IMG/VR virus record: IMGVR_UViG_3300012940_000103
Span: 1-24,284 of that record
Length of the DNA stretch: 24,284 bases
From: a virus
Taxonomy: Duplodnaviria > Caudoviricetes
Reading direction: 5' to 3' (one strand)
Shown: piece by piece, positions 17,021 through 24,284 of the stretch
How positions within the stretch are numbered: the stretch's first letter is position 1
Layout: every line of letters begins with the position of its first letter
Translations under genes and position numbers: made by a program
Notes under the pieces: model-generated
What the model was told of the DNA's origin: nothing
The model's input: the letters and a program-made list of their open reading frames with translations, nothing else
Database searches by the model: none

Positions 17021-18106
17021 TTATGCCTTTCTGGATTTTTCCCAGATGGCCGAAAGCTCGTCGTCCAAGGACGGCTCGCGCGCCTTTCCGGAAGATGTTG
17101 AGGTGACATTGACGCTCGAAGCGCGCTTTGCCGCCTCGGCCTTCCTGGCATCGTCTGCGGCGGCCCTGGGGGCGGCCTGCGTCTGCGCTCGAAGGGCGGG
17201 GTCGGCCTCGACGGCCATGGTGTAGGCTTTGTCGAGGACAGCCAGCCGGCCGGCCCCTTCGCCTAGTTGCGCCTTTGCTTTGTGGATGAAGAACGGCAGG
17301 TCGCTAACGACGTGGTTCCACAGCGGCTTCTCCGAAGCGAAGCGGCTGATCTCCTTGTCGGTCTCTCTCTGCTCCAGCACCTGCTCGATCTTTGCGGGGC
17401 TCTGCATTCCGGCAATGGTTTGCTTGAGCTCGGCAATCTCGCGCAGGAGAACCTGTTGTTCGGCGGGAACCGCCTGAACCTGACCACCGAACATCTTCGC
17501 GAGCTCTTCGCGCAGATTGTAGGTGTCAGCGATGGAAAGCAGCGTCGGCAGTGGATCCCTGTCCATTGCACGCTGGATATTGGCCAGGTAGCGAACCCCG
17601 TCGGCCGGCGAAATGCTCTGGCCGTTTATGGTGAGGTTGCCGTTGAAGTATTCCGCGAACTCGCCGGCGGCTTCCTGGAGCGGCTTGAACCGGCTGATCT
17701 GCTGCCCCATGTCCGTCATACGGGAATGCAGCTCGTTCGAGCGCTCTGTGAGTTTTTGCTGGAGTTCCGGGGAGAGCGTCGACCATTCAGCATCAAGGCT
17801 GTTCAGCAGCCGGTTGGCGGGGAGAGGGACATCAACGGGCGTCGAACCGTCCAGCTGCCCCTCTCCCTTCTCACCTTCCAGTGAGGGCGTATCCGCCACC
17901 TGCTGGGCAGGATTGGCGGGTTCATCCACGGGTTCCGGGTTGGGGCTGACGAACTTGCCATTGTCGCCCCTGTCGGCGCCGTTGGTCACATTGGCCCGGT
18001 CCCAGATGCTATCCAGTTCCGCATCAAGATTGCTGCTGCCGCCCGGATCGAGGGCGGGCGTTTCCGTGGTCGTGGTGATTTGCTCAAGAGCTTCGACGCC
18101 GCTCAT
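17021..18106 (-). CDS. Scaffolding protein
   Basis: Acidic N-terminus with RGDNGKF motif; coiled coil; C-terminal SLDDELSAIW helix; upstream of the capsid. Confidence 0.8.
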   Translation of the reverse strand: MSGVEALEQITTTTETPALDPGGSSNLDAELDSIWDRANVTNGADRGDNGKFVSPNPEPVDEPANPAQQVADTPSLEGEKGEGQLDGSTPVDVPLPANRLLNSLDAEWSTLSPELQQKLTERSNELHSRMTDMGQQISRFKPLQEAAGEFAEYFNGNLTINGQSISPADGVRYLANIQRAMDRDPLPTLLSIADTYNLREELAKMFGGQVQAVPAEQQVLLREIAELKQTIAGMQSPAKIEQVLEQRETDKEISRFASEKPLWNHVVSDLPFFIHKAKAQLGEGAGRLAVLDKAYTMAVEADPALRAQTQAAPRAAADDARKAEAAKRASSVNVTSTSSGKAREPSLDDELSAIWEKSRKA

Positions 18107-18432
18107 GATGGTTCCTTCTGTTTGATCGAGGAGTCGTAGTCGCGGTACTCGTCCGAGACCTGGAGCCCGCGCTTTTCAGTGAAAGTGCGGTTGCGGAGCT
18201 TCCCCTTGGTGGGGCTTTCCGATGGCTCGAGGATGCGGCAGCCAGAGGCCGCCAGGTCGTATCGGTGCTCGGCCCGGTTCGTGATGGGCTTGCCCGTCGC
18301 GGGGCTTATGAAGGGCTCGAACTGCTCAACCACGATCTGGGGCAGGCAAATGCCATCCCGCTCCGGAATAGGCATTCGTCCGCCCGTCGATGGATCGATG
18401 AAGCCTTTTTCACTCCACACGTATCTGGCCAT
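18103..18432 (-). CDS. Phage head-region hypothetical protein
   Basis: ATG 18432: MARYVW...FISPATGKPITNRAEHRYDLAASGC; ATGA-coupled to the scaffold. Confidence 0.75.
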   Translation of the reverse strand: MARYVWSEKGFIDPSTGGRMPIPERDGICLPQIVVEQFEPFISPATGKPITNRAEHRYDLAASGCRILEPSESPTKGKLRNRTFTEKRGLQVSDEYRDYDSSIKQKEPS

Positions 18433-18436
18433 GGGT

Positions 18437-18622
18437 CTATTCCGGCACGTATTGGTCGCCATTCTCGTCGAGCAGGACGACCGGGGGAGAATTGTCGGCC
18501 AATGTGATCGGCTTGGCTTGTTTCCCGCTGCCGACGACAACCATCGTTGGAGCGCCGGATGCAACTTGGGTGCGCGGAGGAGCGCCAGAGGCGACCACCA
18601 CACACGGCGGATTGTTGGGCAT
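18437..18622 (-). CDS. Small hypothetical protein (61 aa)
   Basis: AGGA RBS; fills the gap between neighbours; repeated VASGAP motif. Confidence 0.6.
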   Translation of the reverse strand: MPNNPPCVVVASGAPPRTQVASGAPTMVVVGSGKQAKPITLADNSPPVVLLDENGDQYVPE

Positions 18623-18633
18623 ATCGGGGTTTC

Positions 18634-19011
18634 CTAGGCTGCTAGGAGCAGGACAAGGAGTTCTTCTTCCTCTGCCTGCCGTTGGGTCTCATAGGCCTGG
18701 ATGGCCTGAACCAGTTCGACGAGTCTTGAGCGGGTACGGCTCGAATTCTTGCTCGGCACCTTTGCTGCGGCGGCTACAACGGCCTTAGGCAGCACTTCCG
18801 GAACCGGGATATGCATTGCCTCGATAGCGGCCTCAGCAATGCCGTTAGCCCTGTTATAGGCCTCACCTAGCAATGCCGCGTTTTCGGTCTCTTCCCGAAT
18901 TGCTGCCTCAATGGCCCGCAATTCGGCATCACGTTGACGCTTGGTCTGTCGGTCTATCCGCCTGATCGATGGACATCTGCGTCGTTGCGGCCTGTGCCAT
19001 CGTAGAGACAC
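18634..19011 (-). CDS. Hypothetical protein with EEEELLVLLLAA C-terminus; start uncertain
   Basis: Protein-like helical reading frame filling 18634-18928; the GTG start at 19011 lies inside the portal gene. Confidence 0.6.
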   Translation of the reverse strand: MSLRWHRPQRRRCPSIRRIDRQTKRQRDAELRAIEAAIREETENAALLGEAYNRANGIAEAAIEAMHIPVPEVLPKAVVAAAAKVPSKNSSRTRSRLVELVQAIQAYETQRQAEEEELLVLLLAA

Positions 19012-21253
19012 CGATCTTGGCGATTTCAGCCTTGAGTTTGGTCAACTCAAGTTCGCCCTTCTGCATCTCCATGGCGTGGGTCTGGCGATCTGCCTCCAGC
19101 TTGGCATTTGTCTGGGCAATCGTGGCCTGTGCATCGAGGCGTCGTTGCTCGATGTCGGCATTGACCTTCGCAATATCGGCCTGGGACTTGGCCTCTATGG
19201 TCTTGAGCTGAACGCTGGCTAGCGCCTGATCTGTCTGCGCCTTGGCTGCGGCGACCTGGGCGGATGCCTGCGCCTTCTGCTGCTCAAGCTGGGCCTTGAC
19301 CATTTCAGGGTCGGGCTTTTCCTGCTTGGGCTGAGCGGCCTTTTCCTTGGCATTGGCGATCTCACGCTCCAGGGCATCCTCGGTGGACTTACCGAGCGTG
19401 AACAGTCGAGCCGTGGCGGCATAGATTTCTAGGGCGCCTTCCTGGCTGATAACGCCAGTCTCCACCATCGGCGCGACACCCTGGAAGTAGGCAGCCGTGC
19501 CTTGCAGGAACTCCGCCTGTTCCGCCTTCTTCTGCGTCAGGTCAGCGCGAACCGTGGAATCGCTCTCCACATCGACGCGGTAGTATTTCGCCACGTTGTC
19601 GTTCAGGAGCTTGTTGACTGCGGCCAGGTGCGCCAGCTTGGCCTGCCTGGCTTCCTCGGCCTGCCGCGCCTGAGCCAGAGCCTGCTGGTATTGCTGCATT
19701 GCCGTCTGCGGGTCTTCGCCGGGCCGCGCCATCGGCTGCGGCGGCATCGGAACGGGCATTTGTTCCTGCGGCGTGGGCAACAGCTGCACGCCCGTCATGT
19801 CCTGCAAGGTCTGCGCCGAGAACTTGGCCGGCATGATTTCGGCCATCATGACGAAGAGGTCGCGCGCTGCGCGTTCCATCATGCGCTGCATCTTCTGAAT
19901 GCGCAGAGAACCCCACTGGCTCTTGATGTTCTGAGCCGTTGCGGTTTCAGACGCCATGGTGGCACCGCGCACGATGTCGCTGATACCAGTAATCTCGTAG
20001 ATAGCCTGTTTGGTCTGTTCGCGGTTGGTGTAAAGCTCCTTGAGCACCACGACGAACTTTTCAATGGGCCAGAAGGCTACGGCATTATCGACGCCACCGT
20101 TTTGCGCCCAGAGTTCCGCATCAGCTATCGGTACGAAATCCGTATCGTCGGCCTCAAGAATATTGGCCATATCGGTAGCACTGCCACCGTACCAGCCCTT
20201 AACACGCATCTGCTTGGTGATGGTGTTGATGCGGCGGGTCGTCGTGTCCAACTCATCGGCCAGCTTCTTGTAGATGGAAAACGAGTTGACCGGCATCAGG
20301 CGGCCCGTCACCTCAATGGGCTGCATTGGTGTGCAGGTCGGGAAGAACCCAGACCAGCCCAGAGGATCATCAACGATCTTAAGCTGCTTCCCCGTATTTT
20401 CCTCGATGAAATGAACCTTATGGGATTTCCGGCACCAGACTTCCCATACGATCACATCGTTGTCGGTTTCGCCCTTTTCGAGTTTGTCCTCGGGAAGCGT
20501 CTGTGCATCGGAGATGGCATTGTCAGCAAAGGCCTCGATATCCTCCATCGGGATAGAGTGCCTGAATGCCTCCCAAGGCCGATCTGCCCACCGCTTAGCC
20601 GGCCCATGGCGATAATCACGCCAGCTTACGGCTTCGAAGCAGATGCTTTCGTTGCGGACAACATTTTCGGATCGATTTCCAACACCCATTCCAGACCCGG
20701 GATCGTCTCCGTAGCCCTCTTCCCCAATATTTCGAAGGGAGCGTTCCCCACTGCCAGGAACGGAATCGATAGCTTCTTCGGCGAGTTCGTGCAGTTGGTC
20801 ATTATCAACCTCTCCATCCACGTCAGCCTTGAAGCGCAGGCGCACGATGCCACGCCCCGCCAGGAATGCATCCTGCGCAGCAGACTCCATCTCGACCTGG
20901 AGGCGGCTGTCATCCACCTGGATGCGGATCGCGCGCTCCAGCAGCTCGCTGACATCCTTGGCTGCCGGGTCGTCATCGGCAAAGCGCCGGCGAATGTCAG
21001 GCTGCGGCGGGCTATTGATGATCGCCGGGACAATCGTCTCGACGTTCGAGAACAGGATATTGAAATCGTAGGCGGTCGTATCGCCGGAGCTGTTGCGCTC
21101 ACCTGTATAGGCAGATACAGCCTTCTCGGCATCGTCCATCCAGCTCTTTTCGAGCTTTCCGGCGGCCACGATGCGCTCAATCCACCTGCGGCCCTCACGG
21201 CGCAAGGCTTCACCGTCCGGCTTGCGCCGTTCGCTGGATAGGTATTCAGCCAT
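18929..21253 (-). CDS. Portal protein with long C-terminal coiled-coil barrel
   Basis: 774 aa after TerL; FNILFSNVETI, AIYEITGISDIVRG and ETATAQ motifs; Q/A/K-rich tail as in P22-type portals. Confidence 0.92.
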   Translation of the reverse strand: MAEYLSSERRKPDGEALRREGRRWIERIVAAGKLEKSWMDDAEKAVSAYTGERNSSGDTTAYDFNILFSNVETIVPAIINSPPQPDIRRRFADDDPAAKDVSELLERAIRIQVDDSRLQVEMESAAQDAFLAGRGIVRLRFKADVDGEVDNDQLHELAEEAIDSVPGSGERSLRNIGEEGYGDDPGSGMGVGNRSENVVRNESICFEAVSWRDYRHGPAKRWADRPWEAFRHSIPMEDIEAFADNAISDAQTLPEDKLEKGETDNDVIVWEVWCRKSHKVHFIEENTGKQLKIVDDPLGWSGFFPTCTPMQPIEVTGRLMPVNSFSIYKKLADELDTTTRRINTITKQMRVKGWYGGSATDMANILEADDTDFVPIADAELWAQNGGVDNAVAFWPIEKFVVVLKELYTNREQTKQAIYEITGISDIVRGATMASETATAQNIKSQWGSLRIQKMQRMMERAARDLFVMMAEIMPAKFSAQTLQDMTGVQLLPTPQEQMPVPMPPQPMARPGEDPQTAMQQYQQALAQARQAEEARQAKLAHLAAVNKLLNDNVAKYYRVDVESDSTVRADLTQKKAEQAEFLQGTAAYFQGVAPMVETGVISQEGALEIYAATARLFTLGKSTEDALEREIANAKEKAAQPKQEKPDPEMVKAQLEQQKAQASAQVAAAKAQTDQALASVQLKTIEAKSQADIAKVNADIEQRRLDAQATIAQTNAKLEADRQTHAMEMQKGELELTKLKAEIAKIGVSTMAQAATTQMSIDQADRPTDQAST

Positions 21254-21262
21254 GAGGGGTGC

Positions 21263-22651
21263 TTACCTTGCTTCTCTGCGACGGCGACGAACCATAGCGT
21301 CAACGGCCTGCTTGACCGACATATTGCCCTGGATACTGCCATCCGGACGCGCGACATAAGCCAATTCAGTCGGCTTCTTGACCGGAGGCGCGTGTTTGAT
21401 CTGATGCCGCCACGCCAGCCCCAGGTAGCGCCACGACGAACCAATGTGCTCAGCCCAATCCTTGACAGGGTTCTCCCGGAAGGTCTTGAGCTCGTCGTCC
21501 CATTCCCGGCGGTAGTTCTTGAGTCCTTCTATGCCCAGCTCACAGCGCGCAGCATCGAAGTCGGCAACCTTGATGGCCTCACGCCCGGCGTGGATGCCCT
21601 CGGCTACTGCAACACGCTTGACCAGCTTGGGGTTACGCTTGGCCTGCTTGAGCAAGTCCCAGCGCGTATGTTTGGCGCCCCAGATGAATTCGAGCACATC
21701 ATCTGGAACGTAATCGTTTCCGTGGTAGCCCTTGTCATTGAGCCACTTGATCCAATCGGTCAGATCGTCGCTTTCGGGCCGGTAGAAGTCCACGATCTTG
21801 AGGCGACCGCCGATAACCTGGAAGCACCAGATCGGGTTGTTGACAGCCTTGCCCAGATCCCATGCCGTATGCACGGGTTGAGAGTAATCTACTGGGACAA
21901 CACCGAGGCGCCCATCGCGCTCGGCTTTGGACATTTCCCCGCCCCAGTACGCTCCAACCATGGCGCCAGAGAACGAGCAGTAATATTCCTGCTCGAACAT
22001 TGCGCGGCCGAGGTCCAGACCGTAGAGGTCTTGGTATTCCGCCAAGCTTTCCGCCAGCTGTGCGGCTGTCAGCGCCATCGTGTCCGTGACGCTCGAAAGC
22101 TCGGCAAACCAGTGGTCGCTGCCTTTCGCACGCTCGTACATCGTCTTGGCATGGTTATTGCCGCGCGGCGTAGTGATGAACGCCGCCGTGCCGTTCGATT
22201 CCTCGATCATCGGCTTGTGGTAGGCCCACGCCGCCGGATTACAGAGCGCCCATTCCGAATAAGCGATGCCGACCGGGCCGGAGCCAACCGTGGCGTCGTA
22301 CCGGTCGGAGCCCAGCAGCTGCCAGGTAGATCCCCACACGGTTTCGATGAACATGTCGTTGTCGTTGACGCGCTTGCGTATCTCAGGCGGGAAGGCCTCA
22401 TCGATACGCCGCTTACCGGTGTGGCCGTTCACCCCATTCCAGATCGCCTTGCGGGCCTGGGCGTATTCGGGGAAGCAATGCCAGTATGTCCCTACCCTGC
22501 GCTGCGATAGCTCGCGGAAGCCGTTGAGAACGATTTCGTCTTTGCCCCAGCGGCGATGCGCAATCTCGATGAGGCGCTTCTTGCTCTGGTTGACCAGCGC
22601 TTCATGAAACGCCCGCTGATACCAGCGAACGCGAAATTCGTATTCGCTCAC
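21263..22651 (-). CDS. terL: Terminase large subunit
   Basis: Walker A-like HRRWGKD, FITTPRG motif III, QEYYCSF, nuclease AWDLG. Confidence 0.93.
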   Translation of the reverse strand: MSEYEFRVRWYQRAFHEALVNQSKKRLIEIAHRRWGKDEIVLNGFRELSQRRVGTYWHCFPEYAQARKAIWNGVNGHTGKRRIDEAFPPEIRKRVNDNDMFIETVWGSTWQLLGSDRYDATVGSGPVGIAYSEWALCNPAAWAYHKPMIEESNGTAAFITTPRGNNHAKTMYERAKGSDHWFAELSSVTDTMALTAAQLAESLAEYQDLYGLDLGRAMFEQEYYCSFSGAMVGAYWGGEMSKAERDGRLGVVPVDYSQPVHTAWDLGKAVNNPIWCFQVIGGRLKIVDFYRPESDDLTDWIKWLNDKGYHGNDYVPDDVLEFIWGAKHTRWDLLKQAKRNPKLVKRVAVAEGIHAGREAIKVADFDAARCELGIEGLKNYRREWDDELKTFRENPVKDWAEHIGSSWRYLGLAWRHQIKHAPPVKKPTELAYVARPDGSIQGNMSVKQAVDAMVRRRRREAR

Positions 22652-23106
22652 TTCGGCGGGGCTTCGTACACTGTCTTGAACAGGATGCCGATGTCGCCTT
22701 TGACCGTCTGGTCCGACTTGTCGGCAAGTCCTAGATCGCGCGCAATGATGTTGGCGTTGAGCAGGCCCGCCGACGCCCCCTCGAACTTCTGAGTGCGGAT
22801 GATCTCGTCTATCCGCGTTGTGACCTCACCAAAGCCTTCTCGCGAACGGTACTCGCTCAAGGCCTGTTGGCTGATGTCGAGAAAGATGCACAGCCCTGCG
22901 ATAGTCATGGCCCGCATCTTAGCAATCGGCTCAATGGTGACGACGCCCTGGTAAGCGAAGGCCTGAGCTTCATAGAGTGGGTTGGCCTCCACCCAGTCGA
23001 AATACTCGCATGCTGCATCCCACAATGCGTCAGCATCGGGGAAGATTGGTTTGCGGCCGTGGCTGCTCCGCTGCTTCCAGAATTCGTTACCTGCCGGAGC
23101 GGCCAT
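22648..23106 (-). CDS. terS: Terminase small subunit, P22 gp3 family
   Basis: [18 protein letters not shown]...LW.A.CEYF.WVEANPL...KMRAMTI.GL...[13 protein letters not shown] closely resembles P22 gp3. Confidence 0.95.
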   Translation of the reverse strand: MAAPAGNEFWKQRSSHGRKPIFPDADALWDAACEYFDWVEANPLYEAQAFAYQGVVTIEPIAKMRAMTIAGLCIFLDISQQALSEYRSREGFGEVTTRIDEIIRTQKFEGASAGLLNANIIARDLGLADKSDQTVKGDIGILFKTVYEAPPK

Positions 23107-23246
23107 GTCTGGTGATCCTTCCGACTGCCGTGAGCTTGGTCGGTCCTACTTATTGTTCCCCCGAGCGTTTCTCGGCGAAGTCTTCGGGGTAGACCTTGCG
23201 CCACTCTCTGATGGCAGAGTTCTCCGTAGAGGGTTAGGAGCGGTGG

Positions 23247-23453
23247 CTAGAGGTGATACTCTTTGAGCTCGCCGTAGACGCGCATCATTTCCACCACGTC
23301 GCCCTCCGCCAGGGCCTTAGCTGCGGCATCGAGGTCGGCGCGCATCATTGTCGCGGCGAAGATCCCTTCCGGGATTTTCAGATAGGCGGGCAACACTTGA
23401 TCGCGCACCCGCGCCATTTCGGCAGGGAGCGCGGTCCCAAGGGATTCACTCAT
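23247..23453 (-). CDS. Small helical phage hypothetical protein
   Basis: GGAGAG RBS before ATG 23453; 68 aa. Confidence 0.75.
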   Translation of the reverse strand: MSESLGTALPAEMARVRDQVLPAYLKIPEGIFAATMMRADLDAAAKALAEGDVVEMMRVYGELKEYHL

Positions 23454-23468
23454 GTCTCTCTCCACTGG

Positions 23469-23849
23469 TTAGGCTGGGGACTTGGCGGGGCCACCTGCCT
23501 GACCGTTCTTGACCAGAGCATCAAAGTTCGCTCGAAGCACGGCTTCCTGTGCCGAAAGCTGATCACGCAACAGATAGCCTTCGAGCGCCCAGATCTTGTT
23601 GCGGGCGTTCTCGCGGGCGATTTTGCGGCCAATCGCTTCATCGAAGTTGAGCGGCGAAGCGGCAGCGCTTTCGCCAGTCACGATGTAGCCGTTGCGCAAC
23701 GTCAGGGCGCACACCGTCATCGTGGTGCCGGGGAACACGTGGTACTGCTCCGAATGGATGGCCTTATCGATAAGAGCCGGCGTGAGGCGCGGAGCGTTAA
23801 GGCCCTTGGCCTGAATTTCGTTCTCGATCTCAGTTTCGTCCTTGGACAT
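23469..23849 (-). CDS. Gp49 / Sf6 gp66 family protein (Phage_gp49_66); probable Acb4-like nucleotide sponge
   Basis: GAGGA RBS before ATG 23849; TVCALTLRNGYIVTGESAAASPLNFDEAIGRKIA..NA.NKIWALEGYLL is the family signature. Confidence 0.88.
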   Translation of the reverse strand: MSKDETEIENEIQAKGLNAPRLTPALIDKAIHSEQYHVFPGTTMTVCALTLRNGYIVTGESAAASPLNFDEAIGRKIARENARNKIWALEGYLLRDQLSAQEAVLRANFDALVKNGQAGGPAKSPA

Positions 23850-23909
23850 CTGTCTATCCTCTGTCTGGGGTGCGTAAGGCCGCCGCCTATCCGCGGCATG
23901 CGGGAATGC

Positions 23910-23937
23910 AAAAGGCCCACCGGTTAGGGTGAGCCTT
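23910..23937 (-). terminator. Rho-independent terminator downstream of the tRNA-like element
   Basis: Minus strand AAGGCTCACC-CTAACC-GGTGGGCCTT-TT; the U-tract is short. Confidence 0.65.
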
Positions 23938-23941
23938 GGGA

Positions 23942-24081
23942 TGGGATCGAAGCGGACCGGGCTTGATACCGGCTGGGAAAGCGCGTGAACCCTGCAATCC
24001 ACACCCGTAAGGGCTGACCCAGACGCTACATGGGTCACTTCCGGATTGTCATTGCGTGTCCATCCACGCTGCCGCTTCGAT
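23942..24081 (-). ncRNA. Putative tRNA-like structured RNA (no anticodon arm)
   Basis: 10-bp closing stem ATCGAAGCGG/CCGCTTCGAT; D-like arm GCGTG-GATGGA-CACGC; T-like arm GCCGG-TATCAAGC-CCGGT; 3' CCCA. Confidence 0.6.
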
Positions 24082-24086
24082 AGGGA

Positions 24087-24154
24087 TTGAGGCATGGCCG
24101 AGGATTACATGGCGCGTAGCACCCCGGCGCTCTCTCACCGCTGGCATGCCTCAA
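24087..24154 (-). ncRNA. Second structured element with a perfect 10-bp closing stem
   Basis: TTGAGGCATG/CATGCCTCAA enclosing the GCCGGGG/CCTCGGC hairpin. Confidence 0.4.
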
Positions 24155-24164
24155 ACTGCATGAA

Positions 24165-24192
24165 TCAAAAGAGCCCGCACTTGGCGAGCCCT
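24165..24192 (-). terminator. Leader terminator (tR'-like)
   Basis: Minus strand AGGGCTCGC-CAAGT-GCGGGCTCT-TTT, about 40 nt after the candidate -10. Confidence 0.65.
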
Positions 24193-24229
24193 ATCCGCCT
24201 GACGCACCTGTCAGGACCTTACGTTTCTC

Positions 24230-24258
24230 ATCATTCGTGATTTGTTCTTCCCCGTCAA
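24230..24258 (-). promoter_or_regulatory. Candidate late promoter
   Basis: TTGACG-N17-AATGAT pointing into the late operon. Confidence 0.55.
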
Positions 24259-24284
24259 GAGCCGGGTCAATGCGAAAGATATTC

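Noticed and set aside
15533-17101. 522-aa + strand ORF
   Set aside because: Antisense mirror of the strongly biased capsid and decoration genes.
19502-22510. 579-aa and 372-aa + strand ORFs
   Set aside because: Antisense shadows of the portal and TerL genes.
23195-23225. Hammerhead ribozyme suggested by CTGATGG in a hairpin region
   Set aside because: The core needs CTGANGA plus a correctly placed GAAA and three stems; these are not present.
23850-24095. 82-aa N-terminal extension of the Gp49-family ORF
   Set aside because: The family-like sequence and a good RBS start at 23849; the extension crosses a terminator and the structured RNA.
1-24284. CRISPR array, IS element, intron or intein
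   Set aside because: No regularly spaced repeats, transposase motifs or interrupted core genes were seen; TerL and capsid are of ordinary length.

Overview
About 24 kb of a GC-rich temperate podovirus-type phage with a P22-like gene order, probably infecting an Alphaproteobacterium (host is an inference). The + strand at left carries the end of an ATGA-coupled early accessory operon, then xis and a tyrosine integrase. Next is a 46-bp att core equal to the 3' half of a tRNA-Ile(CAU) gene, with phage genes on both sides, so it looks like an intact attP. The rest is one long minus-strand late operon, read right to left: late promoter and terminator, a structured non-coding tract with a tRNA-like cloverleaf, a Gp49/Sf6-gp66-family gene (likely nucleotide-signal sponge), TerS, TerL, portal, scaffold, major capsid, decoration, adaptor, nozzle, GNAT and three ejection proteins. 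It continues through an antisense three-gene moron, a virion muramidase, tail fibre and chaperone, and a holin / SAR endolysin / spanin lysis cassette. The most unusual items are the terminator-bounded tRNA-like RNA next to the sponge gene, LexA-box-like sites in the late promoter and in attP, the moron at the sieA-like position, and an unannotated 31-aa membrane peptide ahead of the holin. All family calls come from motif recognition and synteny by eye; no searches were run.
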